64,000 bases of DNA from Amphiscolops sp. MND2022. Lineage: Eukaryota. A model generated the notes under the pieces. It had not been told where the DNA came from and did no database searches. It saw nothing but the letters and a program-made list of their open reading frames with translations. Location of the stretch: assembly GCA_964187785.1 (NCBI GenBank), contig OZ076420.1, forward strand, positions 47,616,001-47,680,000, given 5' to 3'. The position numbers were made by a program, and so were the translations under genes. Position 1 is the stretch's first letter; the number at the start of each line of letters is the position of its first letter. Below are positions 62,601-64,000 of this stretch, piece by piece.

Positions 62601-64000
62601 TCAGGCCGCAAAACACGGCGGCTCCAAAAGTACTGTCAAAAAACGACAAGAAAGATGCCATTGCATACGTCATCGAGCTCCTAAAGACGGAAGACAGCCC
62701 ATCCAACAACTAAAACTTCTGGTTTCTAACACCAGAAAACCCAGGAGATCCAAAAACACATACACCAATCCAAAGCAGGATACTTCGAGAAATCCAAGAA
62801 CTCGAAAATATACAAAAGTAAAGCCCCACAAGCAGTCCCGAAAAACGGGAATCCTTCCTCAAAAAATTCAAACATATGACTCCCAATTAAACGACGAAGT
62901 CAAGAAAGACATAGAAGAAATCCTAATTGAATATAACGACATATTCGCATGGCACAAAGTGGACATTGGGATCAATCACCATTTCAAAATAAAGCTAACA
63001 CCCAAAAACGACGAACTTGCCTATTCACAAACCCTACCGTTGCCCAATCAACTTAAAAGAAGCTCTCACTGTAAAACTGGCAGTAATGCACTACTTCGGC
63101 AGTATAACCACTCTCCCCTTTAGTAAACATGCCACTCCTAAATGTGACCAACGAAAACCGAACAGAAGCCTCTTAGTTGAGCTCAGAAAGATCAACAATC
63201 TGATCTCGGATGATTATATCAATAACAATCATCCAGTCAGCACATTGACGACGCGGCGCAACACCTATCTGGCAAGAAGGTATTTTGTAAGCTTGATTGC
63301 TCTCAAGCTTACCACGTACTGCAGATGGCAGATCAGAAGTCAGTCCAACTTCTCGCGTTCAACTTCGCCAGCAGGGCATTTGCGTAACTCAGGCTGGCCC
63401 AGGGCCTCAGTCGTTCACTGTCATCCTTCTCGAGCTTTATGAGAGAGAATGCGCCCAGTATGTGGATGACATTGGTATAGCCACCAACACCCCCAAATAG
63501 CGAAAACAAATAACTTGAGAGAAATGTTCCAATGCATCGGTACAGCAGTATTCCGGCTCTCAATGGCTAAATGTCAATTTGGAGCGAACGAAGTGAAATT
63601 CATAGGACGCACAATCACTCCCCTAGGCGTGGCACCACAAGACCACAAGATACAGAATTACCTGAAAACACTCAAATTTACGAGAACGAAAAATGGACTA
63701 CAGCGTTACATATTGGGTTCGTACAGTATTACAGAAACTACATACCCCGTCTTTCCGAAAAAATTGCCCCGTTCCACCAGATCATCAAGTTGGACGATCC
63801 GGCCAAGATCCGGCTCCAAAAGTACTGTCAAAAAACGACAAGAAAGATGCCATTGCATACGTCACCGAGCTCCTAAAGACGGAAGACAGTCCACCCAACA
63901 ACTAAAACTTCTGGTTTCCAACACCAGAAAACCCAGGAGATCCAAAAACACATACACCAACCCAAAGCAGGATACTTCGAGAAATCCAAGAACTCGAAAA
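59656..64000 (+). mobile_element. Second copy of the decayed gypsy gag-PR-RT, with RT-array units starting at 62619 and 63811
   Basis: Same motifs and disablements as 45619-49770. Confidence 0.9.

Larger units (their letters stand above)
53683..64000. repeat. 14-kb tandem duplication, copy B (runs off the window end)
   Basis: Repeats the LINE fragments, LTR-like region and gypsy gag-PR-RT of copy A. Confidence 0.97.

Overview
Eukaryotic (animal, intron-containing, AT-rich) genomic DNA that is mostly transposon debris. No prokaryotic features, rRNA, intact tRNA or CRISPR array were seen. (1) 1-1.4 kb: the 5' end of a minus-strand DEG/ENaC (amiloride-sensitive) channel gene. A short exon at 362-519, not shown in the ORF track, encodes LDL-receptor class A repeats and is phase-compatible with the first channel exon. 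(2) 1.85-7.64 kb: a complete but decayed Ty3/gypsy LTR element with both LTRs, a tRNA-Ser-type PBS, a PPT and a near-perfect TSD, about 0.43 kb upstream of the channel ATG. (3) 7.9-22.9 kb: a 7.5-kb tandem duplication. Each unit holds a decayed Maverick/Polinton fragment (integrase N-terminus, penton C-terminus, flanking ORFs), RING-like remnants and an intronless ORF with a full EGFR-ligand-type EGF motif. (4) 23-34 kb: degraded repeats and orphan coding-like scraps. (5) 34.5-38.75 kb: a hAT element with TIRs and an 8-bp TSD, interrupted by a CR1/L2-group LINE. (6) 39.65-64 kb: a 14-kb tandem duplication of LINE and gypsy debris. Its gypsy RT domain is itself amplified as a 1.19-kb tandem array, and the arrays show recombinant units. 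All alignments and translations were done by eye. Family assignments rest on recalled motifs, not database searches.
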